This document shows positions 45,689-55,346 of a stretch of DNA of 64,000 nucleotides, one piece after another. Under the pieces are notes generated by a model, which worked only from the letters and a program-made list of their open reading frames with translations, was not told the origin of the DNA and did not search any database. Source of the stretch: Acidimicrobiia bacterium (GTDB lineage: Bacteria > Actinomycetota > Acidimicrobiia > Spongiisociales > ZC4RG35); assembly GCA_044867525.1 (NCBI GenBank), contig JBIOVB010000118.1, positions 22,266 to 86,265 on the forward strand, given 5' to 3'. How positions within the stretch are numbered: the stretch's first letter is position 1; each line of letters begins with the position of its first letter. The position numbers and the translations under genes are program-made.

Positions 45689-46564
45689 GTGCGACCCGGC
45701 CCGGTCCTCGCCTTGGCGCTGCTCACCGCCTGCACGGGCGCCGCCCTCCCCTCCTCGACTTCCCCATCCCCGGCGACCACGACGACATTGGCTGCAATGA
45801 CGTCGACAACAGTGGCCCCGACGACTACGTCCGTCCCGGAGACCACAACCACCCTCGATCCCTTCGCCCGCCCCGACTGGATGGGGACCCGCGAGCTGCC
45901 CCTGCGGGAAGACGGGTACGGCGTCGCCCAGGTGACGCCGGCCGAGTTCGATCCCCGGCAACTCGAGACTCCGGACGTCCTGCCACCACCGGTCGGCGAT
46001 GTCTTCCAATCGACGCTGGGGCCGATCCCTGAAGAGGTACTTGCTCGCTCGAGCTGGGACCCCGGGTGCCCGGTCACCCTCGAGGAGCTGGCTTACATCA
46101 CCGTGTCTCACCACGGGTTCGACGGGGAGGTCCACACCGGGGAGATGATCGTCAACGCCGCAGAGGCCGAGGGTGTGATCGGCGTATTTCATCGGCTGTA
46201 CGAAGCCGGCTTCCCCATCGAGCAAATGCGGGTGATCACCAAGGAGGAGATTGACGCCCCGCCCACCGGGGATTGGAACGACACCACATCCTTTGTGTGT
46301 CGGCCCGCCGTTGGGTCCGGCAACTGGTCACAGCACGCCTACGGACTCGCCATCGACGTCAACCCGTTCCACAACCCCTATCTGAAGGGTGACCTGGTCC
46401 TTCCCGAGTTGGCAATGACCTACACCGATCGTGAGGAGGCCCGCCCGGGGATGATCTTCGGCGGTGACGTCGCAACCGAGGCCTTCGCTGCCATTGGCTG
46501 GGGCTGGGGTGGCAACTGGAACACGCTCAAGGACTGGATGCACTTTTCCCGCAGCGGACGCTGA
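45689..46564 (+). CDS. M15 family metallopeptidase (VanY/D-Ala-D-Ala carboxypeptidase-like), lipoprotein
   Basis: 291 aa. Lipobox ALLTAC. Zn ligand motifs SQHAYGLAIDVNP and DWMHFS. Confidence 0.78.
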   Translation: MRPGPVLALALLTACTGAALPSSTSPSPATTTTLAAMTSTTVAPTTTSVPETTTTLDPFARPDWMGTRELPLREDGYGVAQVTPAEFDPRQLETPDVLPPPVGDVFQSTLGPIPEEVLARSSWDPGCPVTLEELAYITVSHHGFDGEVHTGEMIVNAAEAEGVIGVFHRLYEAGFPIEQMRVITKEEIDAPPTGDWNDTTSFVCRPAVGSGNWSQHAYGLAIDVNPFHNPYLKGDLVLPELAMTYTDREEARPGMIFGGDVATEAFAAIGWGWGGNWNTLKDWMHFSRSGR

Positions 46565-46573
46565 CCGGACGAC

Positions 46574-46918
46574 TCAGCTGATGCTTCGAACCGCGTCGTC
46601 GTACGTGGCGAAATCCTCGAGTCTGGTGATCCGCTCGCCTTCGACCTGGATCAATTGGTACCACTCCCAGTCCCATGCCGGTTGTCTGAGACTGGCAACA
46701 GCGTGATCGTCGATTACCTCGAGCTCCAGTAGCTCGACATCGGGATTCACGCCTTTGAATGAGCGCATCAGATCGACGATCTCGTCGGCGTTGGTGCAGT
46801 TGATCGGTGGATCCGTGGCGATGTAGACAGCGTCGTCAATAAGCAGGGAGCGGGCTGTTTCCCACTCCGACCTGCGCAGGGCGGTGTCCCATGCCAGGAC
46901 CGTGGAGCGCACGTCCAT
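46574..46918 (-). CDS. NTF2-like (SnoaL-type) small protein
   Basis: 114 aa from ATG 46918. Divergent from dnaE2. The rest of the 864-aa ORF is antisense to dnaE2 and spurious. Confidence 0.55.
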   Translation of the reverse strand: MDVRSTVLAWDTALRRSEWETARSLLIDDAVYIATDPPINCTNADEIVDLMRSFKGVNPDVELLELEVIDDHAVASLRQPAWDWEWYQLIQVEGERITRLEDFATYDDAVRSIS

Positions 46919-46944
46919 GGTTTGAAAATACACCACGGATCGCA

Positions 46945-46960
46945 TCGAACATATGTTCGA
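46945..46960. promoter_or_regulatory. LexA (SOS) box TCGAACATATGTTCGA upstream of dnaE2
   Basis: Same 16-mer (21 nt identical with flanks) as at 18671. Followed directly by TATAGT (46961-46966). Confidence 0.8.
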
Positions 46961-46972
46961 TATAGTGAGTTG

Positions 46973-49900
46973 GTGAGCGGGTACGCCGAGCTGCATTGCC
47001 ATACCAACTTCTCCTTCCTCGATGGGGCGTCTCACCCCGAGGACCTCGCCGAGCGGGCAATGGAGTTGGGCTACCAAGCGCTGGCGGTCACCGACCACGA
47101 CGGGTTCTACGGAGTCTCCCGGTTCTGGCAGGCGGCGAAGGCAGCCGGGCTTCCCGCCATCTATGGGGTCGAGATAGGGCTCGAGCCGGAGCCTGAGGGC
47201 CCACCCGATCCGGTTTCTCGTGCCGAGGAGTGGGACCGGCAGCGACATGCCCGGACCAAGGGAGGCCAGGGGAGGTTGCGTCGGGGGCGCAGTGTGCGGG
47301 CGCACGGGGTGAAGCCGACAGACCTTCCTGAGATGGACCACCTGGTGCTGCTCGCCGGCTCGCCCCAGGGATATCGGGCACTCTCCAATCTGGTGACCAG
47401 AGCCCAACTCCGGGGGGAGAAGGACCATCCGGTGTACCTCTGGGAAGACCTGGCGACGGTGGCCGGCAGCCCCGATGTCCATGTCCTCACCGGGTGCCAC
47501 TTCGGGGCGGTGCCCAAGGCAGCGGCTCGCCACGATCTCGGGGCAACGGTCAGGCAGGCATCGCGGCTTCGAGAGCTGTTCGGAGCCCGGCTTCATCTCG
47601 AGTTGTGGCACCACGGGATGCCTGAGGACGATCCACGCAACGACCTGATGTGGGAGGTCGCCGAGAAGCTGGGGATTTCGGTGGTAGCAACCAATCAGGC
47701 CCACTATCACGACCGCCGGGACGCCGATCTGTCGGAAGTCCTGGCTGCCATCGGGGGGAGGCGGACCCTGGCGGCCGCCGATGGATTCCGCCCAGCCAGC
47801 GACGAGCGGTATCTCAAGCCTCCGGCAGAGATGAGCCGACGATTCGCTCGCTATCCGGGTGCGGTCGCCCGCGCCGGAGAGCTGGGTCGCCGCCTGGCCT
47901 TCGATCTCGGCCTGGTCGCCCCCAACCTCCCAGACTTCCCCATGCCCGGCCATTTCCGCGATGAGATGGACTACCTGCGACATCTGACCTGGGAGGGCGC
48001 CCGTGAGGTCTACCCGGGGAGCGACGACGGGATCGACCCCCGGGCCCGGCGCCGACTCGAGCACGAGCTGGGGATCATCGAGCAACTGGGATTCCCCGGC
48101 TATTTCCTGGTGGTGAAGGACATCATGGACTACGCCGAGACCCAGGACATCTACTGCCAGATCCGGGGCTCGGGCGCCGATTCGGCGGTGTGCCGCTGCC
48201 TCGGGCTGACCCGGGTCGACCCGATCCGGCTCCATCTCCCCTTCGAGCGCTTTCTCTCCGAGGAGCGGGGGAGACCACCGGACATCGACATCGACTTCGA
48301 GGCCGACCGTCGCGAGGAGGTCATCCAGTACTGCTACCGCCAGTACGGGAGGGAGCGGGCGGCCATGGTGGCCAACGTGATCACCTACCGGGCCAAGTCG
48401 GTTCTCCGGGATGTGGCAAAGACCTTCGGGTTCACCCAGGCACAGGTCGACGGTCTCTCCAAGTACCTCGACACCAGGGACCCGGCGCTGATCCGCCTCG
48501 ACTCCCCACTGCCCGAGGGGATGACCGCCGAGATGATCTACGACATCTGCTGGCGGCTCGACGGCTTTCCCCGTCACCTCGGGATCCACTCCGGGGGGAT
48601 GGTCATCGCCGACCGCCCCCTGTGGCAGGTGGTCCCATTGGAGTGGGGGCGGATGGAAGGGCGGACCGTCCTTCAGTGGGACAAGGACGACTCGGCGGCG
48701 GTGGGGATCGTCAAGTTCGACCTGCTCGGGCTGGGGATGCTCAACGCCCTCCATCTCGCCCATGACCTGATCGAGGCCACCCACGGCATCGACATCGACC
48801 TCGCCGCCATCCCGCAGGAGCCGGCGATCTACCGCTCGATCACCCGGGCCGACACTGTCGGGTTGTTCCAGATCGAGTCCCGGGCCCAGATGGCCACCCT
48901 GCCCAAGATGAAGCCGAAGACCTTCTACGACCTGGCAGTCGAGGTTGCCCTGATCCGGCCCGGGCCGATCCAGGGGCAGTCGGTGCACCCCTACTTGCGG
49001 CGGCGGAGTGGTGAGGAGCAGGTGCGATACCCCCATCCTTCGACCGAGGAGATCCTGAAGAAGACACTCGGGGTCCCGGTGTTCCAGGAGCAGCTCATGG
49101 AGCTTGCCCGGGTCTGCGCCGGCTTCAACGGGAGCCAGGCCGATCGGTTGCGGCAGGCGATGACACACAAACGCTCGGAGAGGGAGATGGGCAAGCTCCG
49201 CGAGGACCTATATGTGGGGATGGCGGGCAACGGGATCATCGGGGATGCGGCCGATGAGATCTGGGAGAAGCTCCAGGGGTTCGCCGCCTTCGGGTTCCCG
49301 GAGAGCCACTCGGTGAGCTTCGCCTACATCGTCTACATGTCGGCCTGGCTGCGCTTCCACTACCCGGCGGAGTACCTGGCCGGTCTGCTCAATGCCCAGC
49401 CCATGGGTTTCTACAGCCCGAACTCGCTGGTCCAGGATGGGCAACGACATGGGGTGGTCGTATTGGGGCCGGACGTGAACGTGTCCTGGCACGACTGCAC
49501 CATCGAGGCGGTTGATGCCGAGCCCGACGACATCGTCGAGTACCTGGGGGAGCGTTGGCGCCGGGGCCGAGGGTTGGTAGACGACCCGGTACGGCCCCCG
49601 GTCGGGGTGCGGATGGGGCTCCGCTATGTGCGCAACATGGGGGAGAGGGAGGTGACCAGGGTGGAGGCTGCCCGAATCCTGGGCGGGCCTTTCCGGTCAC
49701 CGCAGGACCTGGCTTCCCGCACCGGGCTCGGGGTCGAAGCTCTGGAGGGCCTCTCCGCCTCCGGGGCACTGGAGTCGATCGGTCTCGGTCGGAGGGAGGG
49801 GATGTGGGCCGCGGGGGCGCTCGCCGAGATCGATCCCGAGCGGCTGGCCCTGTCACCGGGGGTGGAGGCACCGGAGCTCCCGGGAATGAGTGACGAGGAA

Positions 49901-50290
49901 TCACATAGGGCCGACCTGTGGGCGGTGGGAGTCTCCAGCCGACACCCGATGAGTTTCGTACGCGACCAGTTGGAAGGCTGCCTCACCGCAGCTGAGGCGC
50001 TGGAGGTGCAACGCAACAAGGCCCGGATCCGGGTGGCGGGGGTGGTCACCCATCGCCAGCGCCCGGGGACCGCCAAGGGGGTCTACTTCCTCAACCTGGA
50101 GGACGAGACCGGCCTTCTCAACATCATCGTCTTGCCCGATGTCTGGGCCCGCCACCGGGAGGTGGTCCGTCGCAGCCCGGCCCTGGTGATCGAGGGCCGG
50201 CTCGAGTACCACGACGGGGTGACCAACATCGTGGCCCGTGACTTCCAGGCGATCGGAGTGCAGACGGTGCAGTCGAGGGACTTCCGGTGA
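46973..50290 (+). CDS. dnaE2: error-prone DNA polymerase DnaE2 (ImuC)
   Basis: GTG 46973 (or TTG 46970) just after the SOS box. PHP domain YAELHCHTNFSFLDGAS. About 1105 aa without tau- or epsilon-binding extras. The ORF-track start 46922 would include the operator. Confidence 0.9.
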   Translation: MSGYAELHCHTNFSFLDGASHPEDLAERAMELGYQALAVTDHDGFYGVSRFWQAAKAAGLPAIYGVEIGLEPEPEGPPDPVSRAEEWDRQRHARTKGGQGRLRRGRSVRAHGVKPTDLPEMDHLVLLAGSPQGYRALSNLVTRAQLRGEKDHPVYLWEDLATVAGSPDVHVLTGCHFGAVPKAAARHDLGATVRQASRLRELFGARLHLELWHHGMPEDDPRNDLMWEVAEKLGISVVATNQAHYHDRRDADLSEVLAAIGGRRTLAAADGFRPASDERYLKPPAEMSRRFARYPGAVARAGELGRRLAFDLGLVAPNLPDFPMPGHFRDEMDYLRHLTWEGAREVYPGSDDGIDPRARRRLEHELGIIEQLGFPGYFLVVKDIMDYAETQDIYCQIRGSGADSAVCRCLGLTRVDPIRLHLPFERFLSEERGRPPDIDIDFEADRREEVIQYCYRQYGRERAAMVANVITYRAKSVLRDVAKTFGFTQAQVDGLSKYLDTRDPALIRLDSPLPEGMTAEMIYDICWRLDGFPRHLGIHSGGMVIADRPLWQVVPLEWGRMEGRTVLQWDKDDSAAVGIVKFDLLGLGMLNALHLAHDLIEATHGIDIDLAAIPQEPAIYRSITRADTVGLFQIESRAQMATLPKMKPKTFYDLAVEVALIRPGPIQGQSVHPYLRRRSGEEQVRYPHPSTEEILKKTLGVPVFQEQLMELARVCAGFNGSQADRLRQAMTHKRSEREMGKLREDLYVGMAGNGIIGDAADEIWEKLQGFAAFGFPESHSVSFAYIVYMSAWLRFHYPAEYLAGLLNAQPMGFYSPNSLVQDGQRHGVVVLGPDVNVSWHDCTIEAVDAEPDDIVEYLGERWRRGRGLVDDPVRPPVGVRMGLRYVRNMGEREVTRVEAARILGGPFRSPQDLASRTGLGVEALEGLSASGALESIGLGRREGMWAAGALAEIDPERLALSPGVEAPELPGMSDEESHRADLWAVGVSSRHPMSFVRDQLEGCLTAAEALEVQRNKARIRVAGVVTHRQRPGTAKGVYFLNLEDETGLLNIIVLPDVWARHREVVRRSPALVIEGRLEYHDGVTNIVARDFQAIGVQTVQSRDFR

Positions 50291-50322
50291 TCGGTAGCGT
50301 CGCGGGCAACGAGGAGATGCCA

Positions 50323-50733
50323 ATGGACATGAAGCTGGAAGTCGTAGTGCTCCCGGTGTCGGACGTCGACCGGGCCAAGGAGTTCTTCGAGAGGGCGGGA
50401 TTCAGTGTCGATGTCGACTTTCAGCCAAACGACTCGTTCCGTGTGGTCCAGGTGACACCACCGGGATCGGCCTGCTCGATCACGTTCGGCACCGGGATCA
50501 GCCGGGGCGCTCCCGGGACCTATCAGGGCTTGCACCTGGTGGTGGAGGATCTGCCGACGGCGATCGAGGACCTGTCGGGTCGGGGCATCGAGGTCGGTGA
50601 GCCGTTCCACTTCGGCGACGAGGGCCAGACAGCGGGGCTACATCCCGAGCGGGCCGACTACGGGTCGTACGCCGCGTTCAGCGATCCAGACGGCAATGGC
50701 TTTCTGCTCCAGGAGGTCGGGCGCAAGGGGTGA
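50323..50733 (+). CDS. VOC (glyoxalase/bleomycin-resistance fold) family protein
   Basis: ATG 50323 lies 6 nt after GAGGAG. MDMKLEVVVLPVSDVDRAKEFF is typical of VOC. Confidence 0.75.
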   Translation: MDMKLEVVVLPVSDVDRAKEFFERAGFSVDVDFQPNDSFRVVQVTPPGSACSITFGTGISRGAPGTYQGLHLVVEDLPTAIEDLSGRGIEVGEPFHFGDEGQTAGLHPERADYGSYAAFSDPDGNGFLLQEVGRKG

Positions 50734-50736
50734 AAG

Positions 50737-51327
50737 CTAGCGATCTGGTTCCCAGAACCGGGCTACACCATGCAGGTAGTGGAGGACATCGTCATCTCGT
50801 CCCGCGAGGAGTAGCGCCCATGCCAGCGAGAAATCCGGCCCGAATGTGTCGAGTTGTGGCGAACCCGGGGTTTCCGAAGCAGCTCTGAGCTCGGTGGCCG
50901 CCAGGTCGAGGTCGCCACTAGCCAGATGGGCCTTTCCCCGGATCACGTGCGCGTGGTGGATGAGATTCCCGTAGTTCCAATCGTCGGGCGACATGGCATC
51001 GGCAGCCCTCGTCAGCTGGTCGGCGAATTGGAAAGCTGCTCGGAGGTCGCCCCCCTCTACGAGTTCGTATCCAACATCTGCATTGGGGTCGGGATTGTCC
51101 TCCGCGTGATCGGTCTCGAAGGCAGATTGGGCGGCCAGGAACATCTCCAGCGCCGCGGAACGAACAAGGAAACCGGGTCGGTCATGGCGGTGGTCAGCGT
51201 CTGGAACGAGTCGGTCGAACACCTCATCTTCCGACAGGAGCGGATCATTCGAAATTGCATCGATGAGCTCTTCGACACCACGTTGAGCCGCCGCCAGAGC
51301 AAGGTCGGCGATTTCTTGGTCTGTCAT
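50737..51327 (-). CDS. hypothetical protein (helical, TPR-like C-terminus)
   Basis: 196-aa ORF with good codon bias. No family recognised. Confidence 0.5.
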   Translation of the reverse strand: MTDQEIADLALAAAQRGVEELIDAISNDPLLSEDEVFDRLVPDADHRHDRPGFLVRSAALEMFLAAQSAFETDHAEDNPDPNADVGYELVEGGDLRAAFQFADQLTRAADAMSPDDWNYGNLIHHAHVIRGKAHLASGDLDLAATELRAASETPGSPQLDTFGPDFSLAWALLLAGRDDDVLHYLHGVARFWEPDR

Positions 51328-51437
51328 TGTTGTACCTTGCCATTCGGGTCACGGGTCGAGCAGATTTCTCTAAGTTTTCCCGGTCACTCCATCTTCCAGG
51401 GCAGAATCTGTCACACACCGTCGGTACTGTGTCGAAC

Positions 51438-52505
51438 ATGGACTGGGGGAGTCTGACTGAGGATCAGCTGGATCTGATCATCACTGGGGGAGAGCGTCAG
51501 GTCGCCGAGATCAGGGCCGTCCAGATGGCGGCGATCCAGGAGAAGCGGCGACGCCAGTCACATCACAACGACGGCTATAGGTCGATCGTCGACTGGTTCG
51601 CCGCCAGGGCGGACCTCTCCCATCAGGCCTCGCGGTCGATCTGTTGGACCGCCTCGAGGTTGGAGGAGGCACCCGAGGTGGCGGCTCAGCTCGCCAACGG
51701 CGAGATCACCTTCGACCGGGCCGAGCAGCTGGCACGACTCCCAGAGCGCGTCCGGCACGATCACGAGGGCTATGACATCGGACAGCTCCGCAGGTTGGTG
51801 GCTCATCATCGGCGTCTGAGCCCGAGGCGGGAGCGTGAGATCGCCTCGAGCGGGTATCTGCATTTCCAACCATCGCTCGACGAGACCACGACCCACATTT
51901 GGGGTGAGCTTGCCGGGCTCGATGCCCGTCTGGTGGAGAAGGCAATCGATCAGCGCGCCGACGAGGTGGTGGCTGACGATGTGCCGTTGGCCGTTGCCGA
52001 GCGTCGGGCGTTGGCCCTGGTCGCGATCTGTCAGGACTCGCTCTACTCGTCCGATGCGACAGGCGATTCGCCGCCGGTCGACATCGCGGTCACCGTCGAC
52101 GCCCGGACCGCGGCAGCCACCAACGGCGAGTCAGGAGTGGCGGTGCTCGCCGGGCCGCGTGTCGGGCGACGCACTCTCGAAGAGGTCCTGTGCAACGGCA
52201 TCGTCGAAGTGATCGGCATCGCCGAATCGGGTGAGCCACTGAGCTTGGGGCGGCGATCACGAACCGTCAGCCGCAAGCTGCGGCGCCACATCCTGGCCCG
52301 GGATGGCGGCTGCACCGTCGAGGGCTGTCCCTCCCACTATCGCCTCGAAGTACACCACTCGGTGCCGTGGTCACACGGTGGGCGCACGGACGCAGAGGAT
52401 TTGATCACCCTGTGTTGGTTCCATCACCACGTCGCGGTGCATCGGCTTGGCATGGAGTTGATCCGGATCGGCCGATCCCGGGTGAGGCTGAAACGACCTA
52501 GCTAG
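51438..52505 (+). CDS. DUF222 / HNH endonuclease (REP13E12-like)
   Basis: ATG 51438. C-terminal HNH motif RDGGCTVEGC...LEVHHSVPWSHGGRTDAEDLITLCWFHH. Confidence 0.8.
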   Translation: MDWGSLTEDQLDLIITGGERQVAEIRAVQMAAIQEKRRRQSHHNDGYRSIVDWFAARADLSHQASRSICWTASRLEEAPEVAAQLANGEITFDRAEQLARLPERVRHDHEGYDIGQLRRLVAHHRRLSPRREREIASSGYLHFQPSLDETTTHIWGELAGLDARLVEKAIDQRADEVVADDVPLAVAERRALALVAICQDSLYSSDATGDSPPVDIAVTVDARTAAATNGESGVAVLAGPRVGRRTLEEVLCNGIVEVIGIAESGEPLSLGRRSRTVSRKLRRHILARDGGCTVEGCPSHYRLEVHHSVPWSHGGRTDAEDLITLCWFHHHVAVHRLGMELIRIGRSRVRLKRPS

Positions 52506-52658
52506 GGGTGGGCCTTCCCCACCACCCCGGATCACAGAAGCTTGGATCCCGGCCACACGGGTCGGTCAAGAACTCTTCGAAATCAATGCGCCGTGCAACC
52601 CGGAGGCCGTCCACCGAGAGAGTGCACCGGACGAGGCTACCTCTGGCCTCACATCCGC

Positions 52659-53465
52659 TCACCTGACACCGTCCAAATGAGCTTCGAGCTCGGCAATGAA
52701 GTCGTCGATGCTCTGGATGTGGCAGGCGTGGTCGCCCTCCAGCTCCACAACCTTCGAGCTCGGGAGCAATTCGCCCAAGAGGTCAACCACCCGCCGCTCC
52801 CATTGCACAGACACGCGTCCTTTCACCAGAAGGACAGGGCAGTCGATCTTCTCCAACTCCTCAAGAGAGTGCCGGGTCTGCAGTGCACCGCTTGCCAACC
52901 AGGAGAGCGAGGCCCGGTGAGGAGCCCATCGTTCCCAGTTCGGATGCAGGCGGGCCTCCGAAGCATCCGAGACGAAGCCGGCGATCTGGAGAAACCGTGC
53001 CAGGTCGTCTTCGCTGACTTCTTTGCCGGCGAGACTCAGAATCAGCTCATCGCCGTCCTGGGATTGCGGATCGATTTCACCTGCTTGCTCGATGATCCAA
53101 CTGGATGCCGGCTCGATGAGAGCCAGGGACCTGACCCAACTCGGGTGGGTCAAGGTGAAGTCGATCAGGGACTGCCCACCGGCCGACCAGCCGGCGAAGT
53201 CGGCTGCATCGAGCCCGAGATCATCCAGGGTGAGCCTCAGGTTCTCCCGTTCGATCTCTGCCGAGTACCCGGCGTCCCCACGGATCCCCGCAGAACCGAG
53301 CTCGTTGTGGATTGGCTGAACGCGGATCACCCGACGATGGGCGCTGAGCCGTTCCTGGTGGGGAATCCATGACAGCCAGCCGGTCAATATCCCCGGAACG
53401 AGGATGAGCGGAGCGCCGACACCGGCCGCGTCATACGCAAGGACTCGGGGCTCGATGCTCGCCAC
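52659..53465 (-). CDS. alpha/beta hydrolase fold protein
   Basis: 268 aa. PLILVPG..., GWSAGG nucleophile elbow, C-terminal His. Confidence 0.78.
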   Translation of the reverse strand: MASIEPRVLAYDAAGVGAPLILVPGILTGWLSWIPHQERLSAHRRVIRVQPIHNELGSAGIRGDAGYSAEIERENLRLTLDDLGLDAADFAGWSAGGQSLIDFTLTHPSWVRSLALIEPASSWIIEQAGEIDPQSQDGDELILSLAGKEVSEDDLARFLQIAGFVSDASEARLHPNWERWAPHRASLSWLASGALQTRHSLEELEKIDCPVLLVKGRVSVQWERRVVDLLGELLPSSKVVELEGDHACHIQSIDDFIAELEAHLDGVR

Positions 53466-53468
53466 GCT

Positions 53469-53846
53469 TTAGGCCGGGCCCTCGACGTTGATGACCGGCG
53501 GACCATCCCCGGCTCTGACCACCACGATCCTGCTCTGGGTGTCCCCTGGGTTGCTCTCCCGATGGACCGCACCTTTGGGCACGTGGAGAAAATCCCCTGG
53601 GCCGGCGATGACTACAGCCTCGCCGTTGCTTCCCGATTCCATGCGGAGGGCGCCATCGATCACATAGATCGAGGTGTCGTGATTCCCATGATGGTGCCAG
53701 CCAGAGGTCATCCCGGCCTCGGTGGTCACCAGGCCCGCCCACATCCCCTCGATGGAAATAGCTTGCTCCCGCGTCATCCCCGGGGTGGGATCCCCTTCGA
53801 TGCGCTCGCCGGGGCGGACAAGGGAAACTGGGTCCGTGGTTGCCAA
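53469..53846 (-). CDS. cupin domain protein
   Basis: 125 aa. GWHHHGNHD...GDFLHVPKGAVHRE cupin motifs. Confidence 0.8.
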   Translation of the reverse strand: MATTDPVSLVRPGERIEGDPTPGMTREQAISIEGMWAGLVTTEAGMTSGWHHHGNHDTSIYVIDGALRMESGSNGEAVVIAGPGDFLHVPKGAVHRESNPGDTQSRIVVVRAGDGPPVINVEGPA

Positions 53847-53875
53847 GGTCGCCTCCTGACTCCGGCTTGCGGAAT

Positions 53876-54265
53876 CTACTCCAGCGAGTCCAGGTACCCC
53901 TTGGCCAGGCGCTTCGGTGCCCGGTCGAGCCAGGCCTCGACCATCAGCTCCTCCAACTCGGAGGACTCGATGTTGTCCAGGAGCACCAGGACCGAGGGAT
54001 ATCCGTCGAAGTGCGGTGTCGTGAAGAACACCGTCGGGTCATCCGACAGCAACGCCTCTTTCACCCCGAGATCCTGTACCCGGACCCCGAGGATCGGCCC
54101 ATCCGGAGCCGAGTCTCCGAGTGCCTGGTAGTCGGAGCGACGTAGTGGTCGCTCCCATGCGAACAACTTGTCCTTGACCCGCCAGTGGGCTTGGCCCCAG
54201 CTCTCCTTCTCTGACGTCTCCGGAAGGGAGGAGGCGATCCGGCGTACGTCCTCCCATGTGGCCAT
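53876..54265 (-). CDS. MmcQ/YjbR family protein
   Basis: 129 aa from ATG 54265 (MATWEDVRRIASSLPETSEKESWGQ...FAW). Confidence 0.7.
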   Translation of the reverse strand: MATWEDVRRIASSLPETSEKESWGQAHWRVKDKLFAWERPLRRSDYQALGDSAPDGPILGVRVQDLGVKEALLSDDPTVFFTTPHFDGYPSVLVLLDNIESSELEELMVEAWLDRAPKRLAKGYLDSLE

Positions 54266-54657
54266 CAGGCATCCAGGGCGCTGGGGTCTGTTGGGACGTC
54301 GACGGCGTGCTCCTGGAGGATCTCGAGCGGGATCAGACCGAGCACCGACTCGTGAGTCGAGGCCAGGATCACGGGCGCCGCCACTCCTGCCTGATGTGCC
54401 AGCAGCCAGTTCCCCGCAGTCACGCACCATCGGTCGCCGGGGACCAGCCCGGGGAAGATGTACTCGGGCATCGGTGTCGACAGGTCGTTGCCGATCTCCC
54501 GTTGATGATCGAGAAACTCCATGGTGATCACCGCGCAGATCGTGTGGCTCCCGAGATCCTGGGGCCCGGTCTGACACCAACCGTCCCTGTAGAACCCGGT
54601 GAGGGGGTCGGTGCCGCATTCCTCCAGTTCGGTGCCCAGGACATTCAGTGCCGCCAT
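54265..54657 (-). CDS. DUF2237 family protein
   Basis: 130 aa. NVLGTELEECGTDPLTGFYRDGWC...RWCV is characteristic. Confidence 0.75.
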   Translation of the reverse strand: MAALNVLGTELEECGTDPLTGFYRDGWCQTGPQDLGSHTICAVITMEFLDHQREIGNDLSTPMPEYIFPGLVPGDRWCVTAGNWLLAHQAGVAAPVILASTHESVLGLIPLEILQEHAVDVPTDPSALDA

Positions 54658-54675
54658 GGCATCACCAATCCCGTG

Positions 54676-55260
54676 TCACCCCTGGCAGGTGAAGATGTCC
54701 CAGCCGCCCTCGTTGTACACCGCCCATGCCGCGGCGGCGGTGGAGGCCTCGGGATCGGTGGGGTCCGAGCCGGAGTATCCGGCCTGTGACGCCCGGTTCT
54801 CCCAGTACTGGGGCAAATGCTGGAACAAACCCACGGCACCGCTCCGGAGATTCGTGGAGTTGGGGTCGAATCGGGACTCACACCATGCCACCCGCACCGC
54901 CTTGTTGACGTCTTCCGGGGTGAAGAAGCGGGAGACGAGTTCCCTGACCTGAACCTGTGACAACCACCCTGAGGTGTCGGAGGCTATTGATCCTTCGGTG
55001 GACTCGGCGGCCCCGGAGTCCGAGTTGTCAGCGGGGTCCTCTTCGATCGTGCCGACGGCGACTTCGGCGGAGTCGCCGCTGAGCACGGCATAGGCGAGTC
55101 CTGCTTGGGCGCCCGAGGCGTGACCGACGCTGGCTGCAGCAGCCTCGCTCTCCAGCTCATCGACGGTCGACTCAGGGGTGCCGAAAGCGGCGAACCCGGC
55201 CAGAGCCAGGAGGGCCACCGCTGCCCACCCAGCAATAAAAGACAAGCGTCTCAAGCGCAT
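54676..55260 (-). CDS. secreted/anchored lytic transglycosylase (SLT-like) domain protein
   Basis: ATG 55260 with signal-anchor. C-terminal VAWCESRFDP...GLFQ motif. Confidence 0.7.
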   Translation of the reverse strand: MRLRRLSFIAGWAAVALLALAGFAAFGTPESTVDELESEAAAASVGHASGAQAGLAYAVLSGDSAEVAVGTIEEDPADNSDSGAAESTEGSIASDTSGWLSQVQVRELVSRFFTPEDVNKAVRVAWCESRFDPNSTNLRSGAVGLFQHLPQYWENRASQAGYSGSDPTDPEASTAAAAWAVYNEGGWDIFTCQG

Positions 55261-55346
55261 ATGAAGCGACTCCACCAGCGGGAAGACCGCTGCCCAGGAG
55301 CGGGAACCCTACTCAGTTGTGGATAAGTGCGACAACTCGGAATTGC

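Noticed and set aside
46574-49168. An 864-aa minus-strand ORF, and similar long ORFs (4925-6793 minus, 27400-28986 minus, 32419-33828 plus, 34762-36210 plus, 58118-59284 minus).
   Set aside because: They lie antisense or out of frame to confidently identified genes (dnaE2, infB, icmF, his genes, ABC transporter). Their products are Arg/Pro/Gly-rich low-complexity sequence. These are typical stop-codon-poor artefacts of high-GC DNA.
52538-52549. Adjacent HindIII and BamHI sites (AAGCTTGGATCC), which looks like a cloning-site remnant.
   Set aside because: There is no other vector-like sequence around it. The context is an ordinary intergenic imperfect inverted repeat, so this is most likely coincidence.
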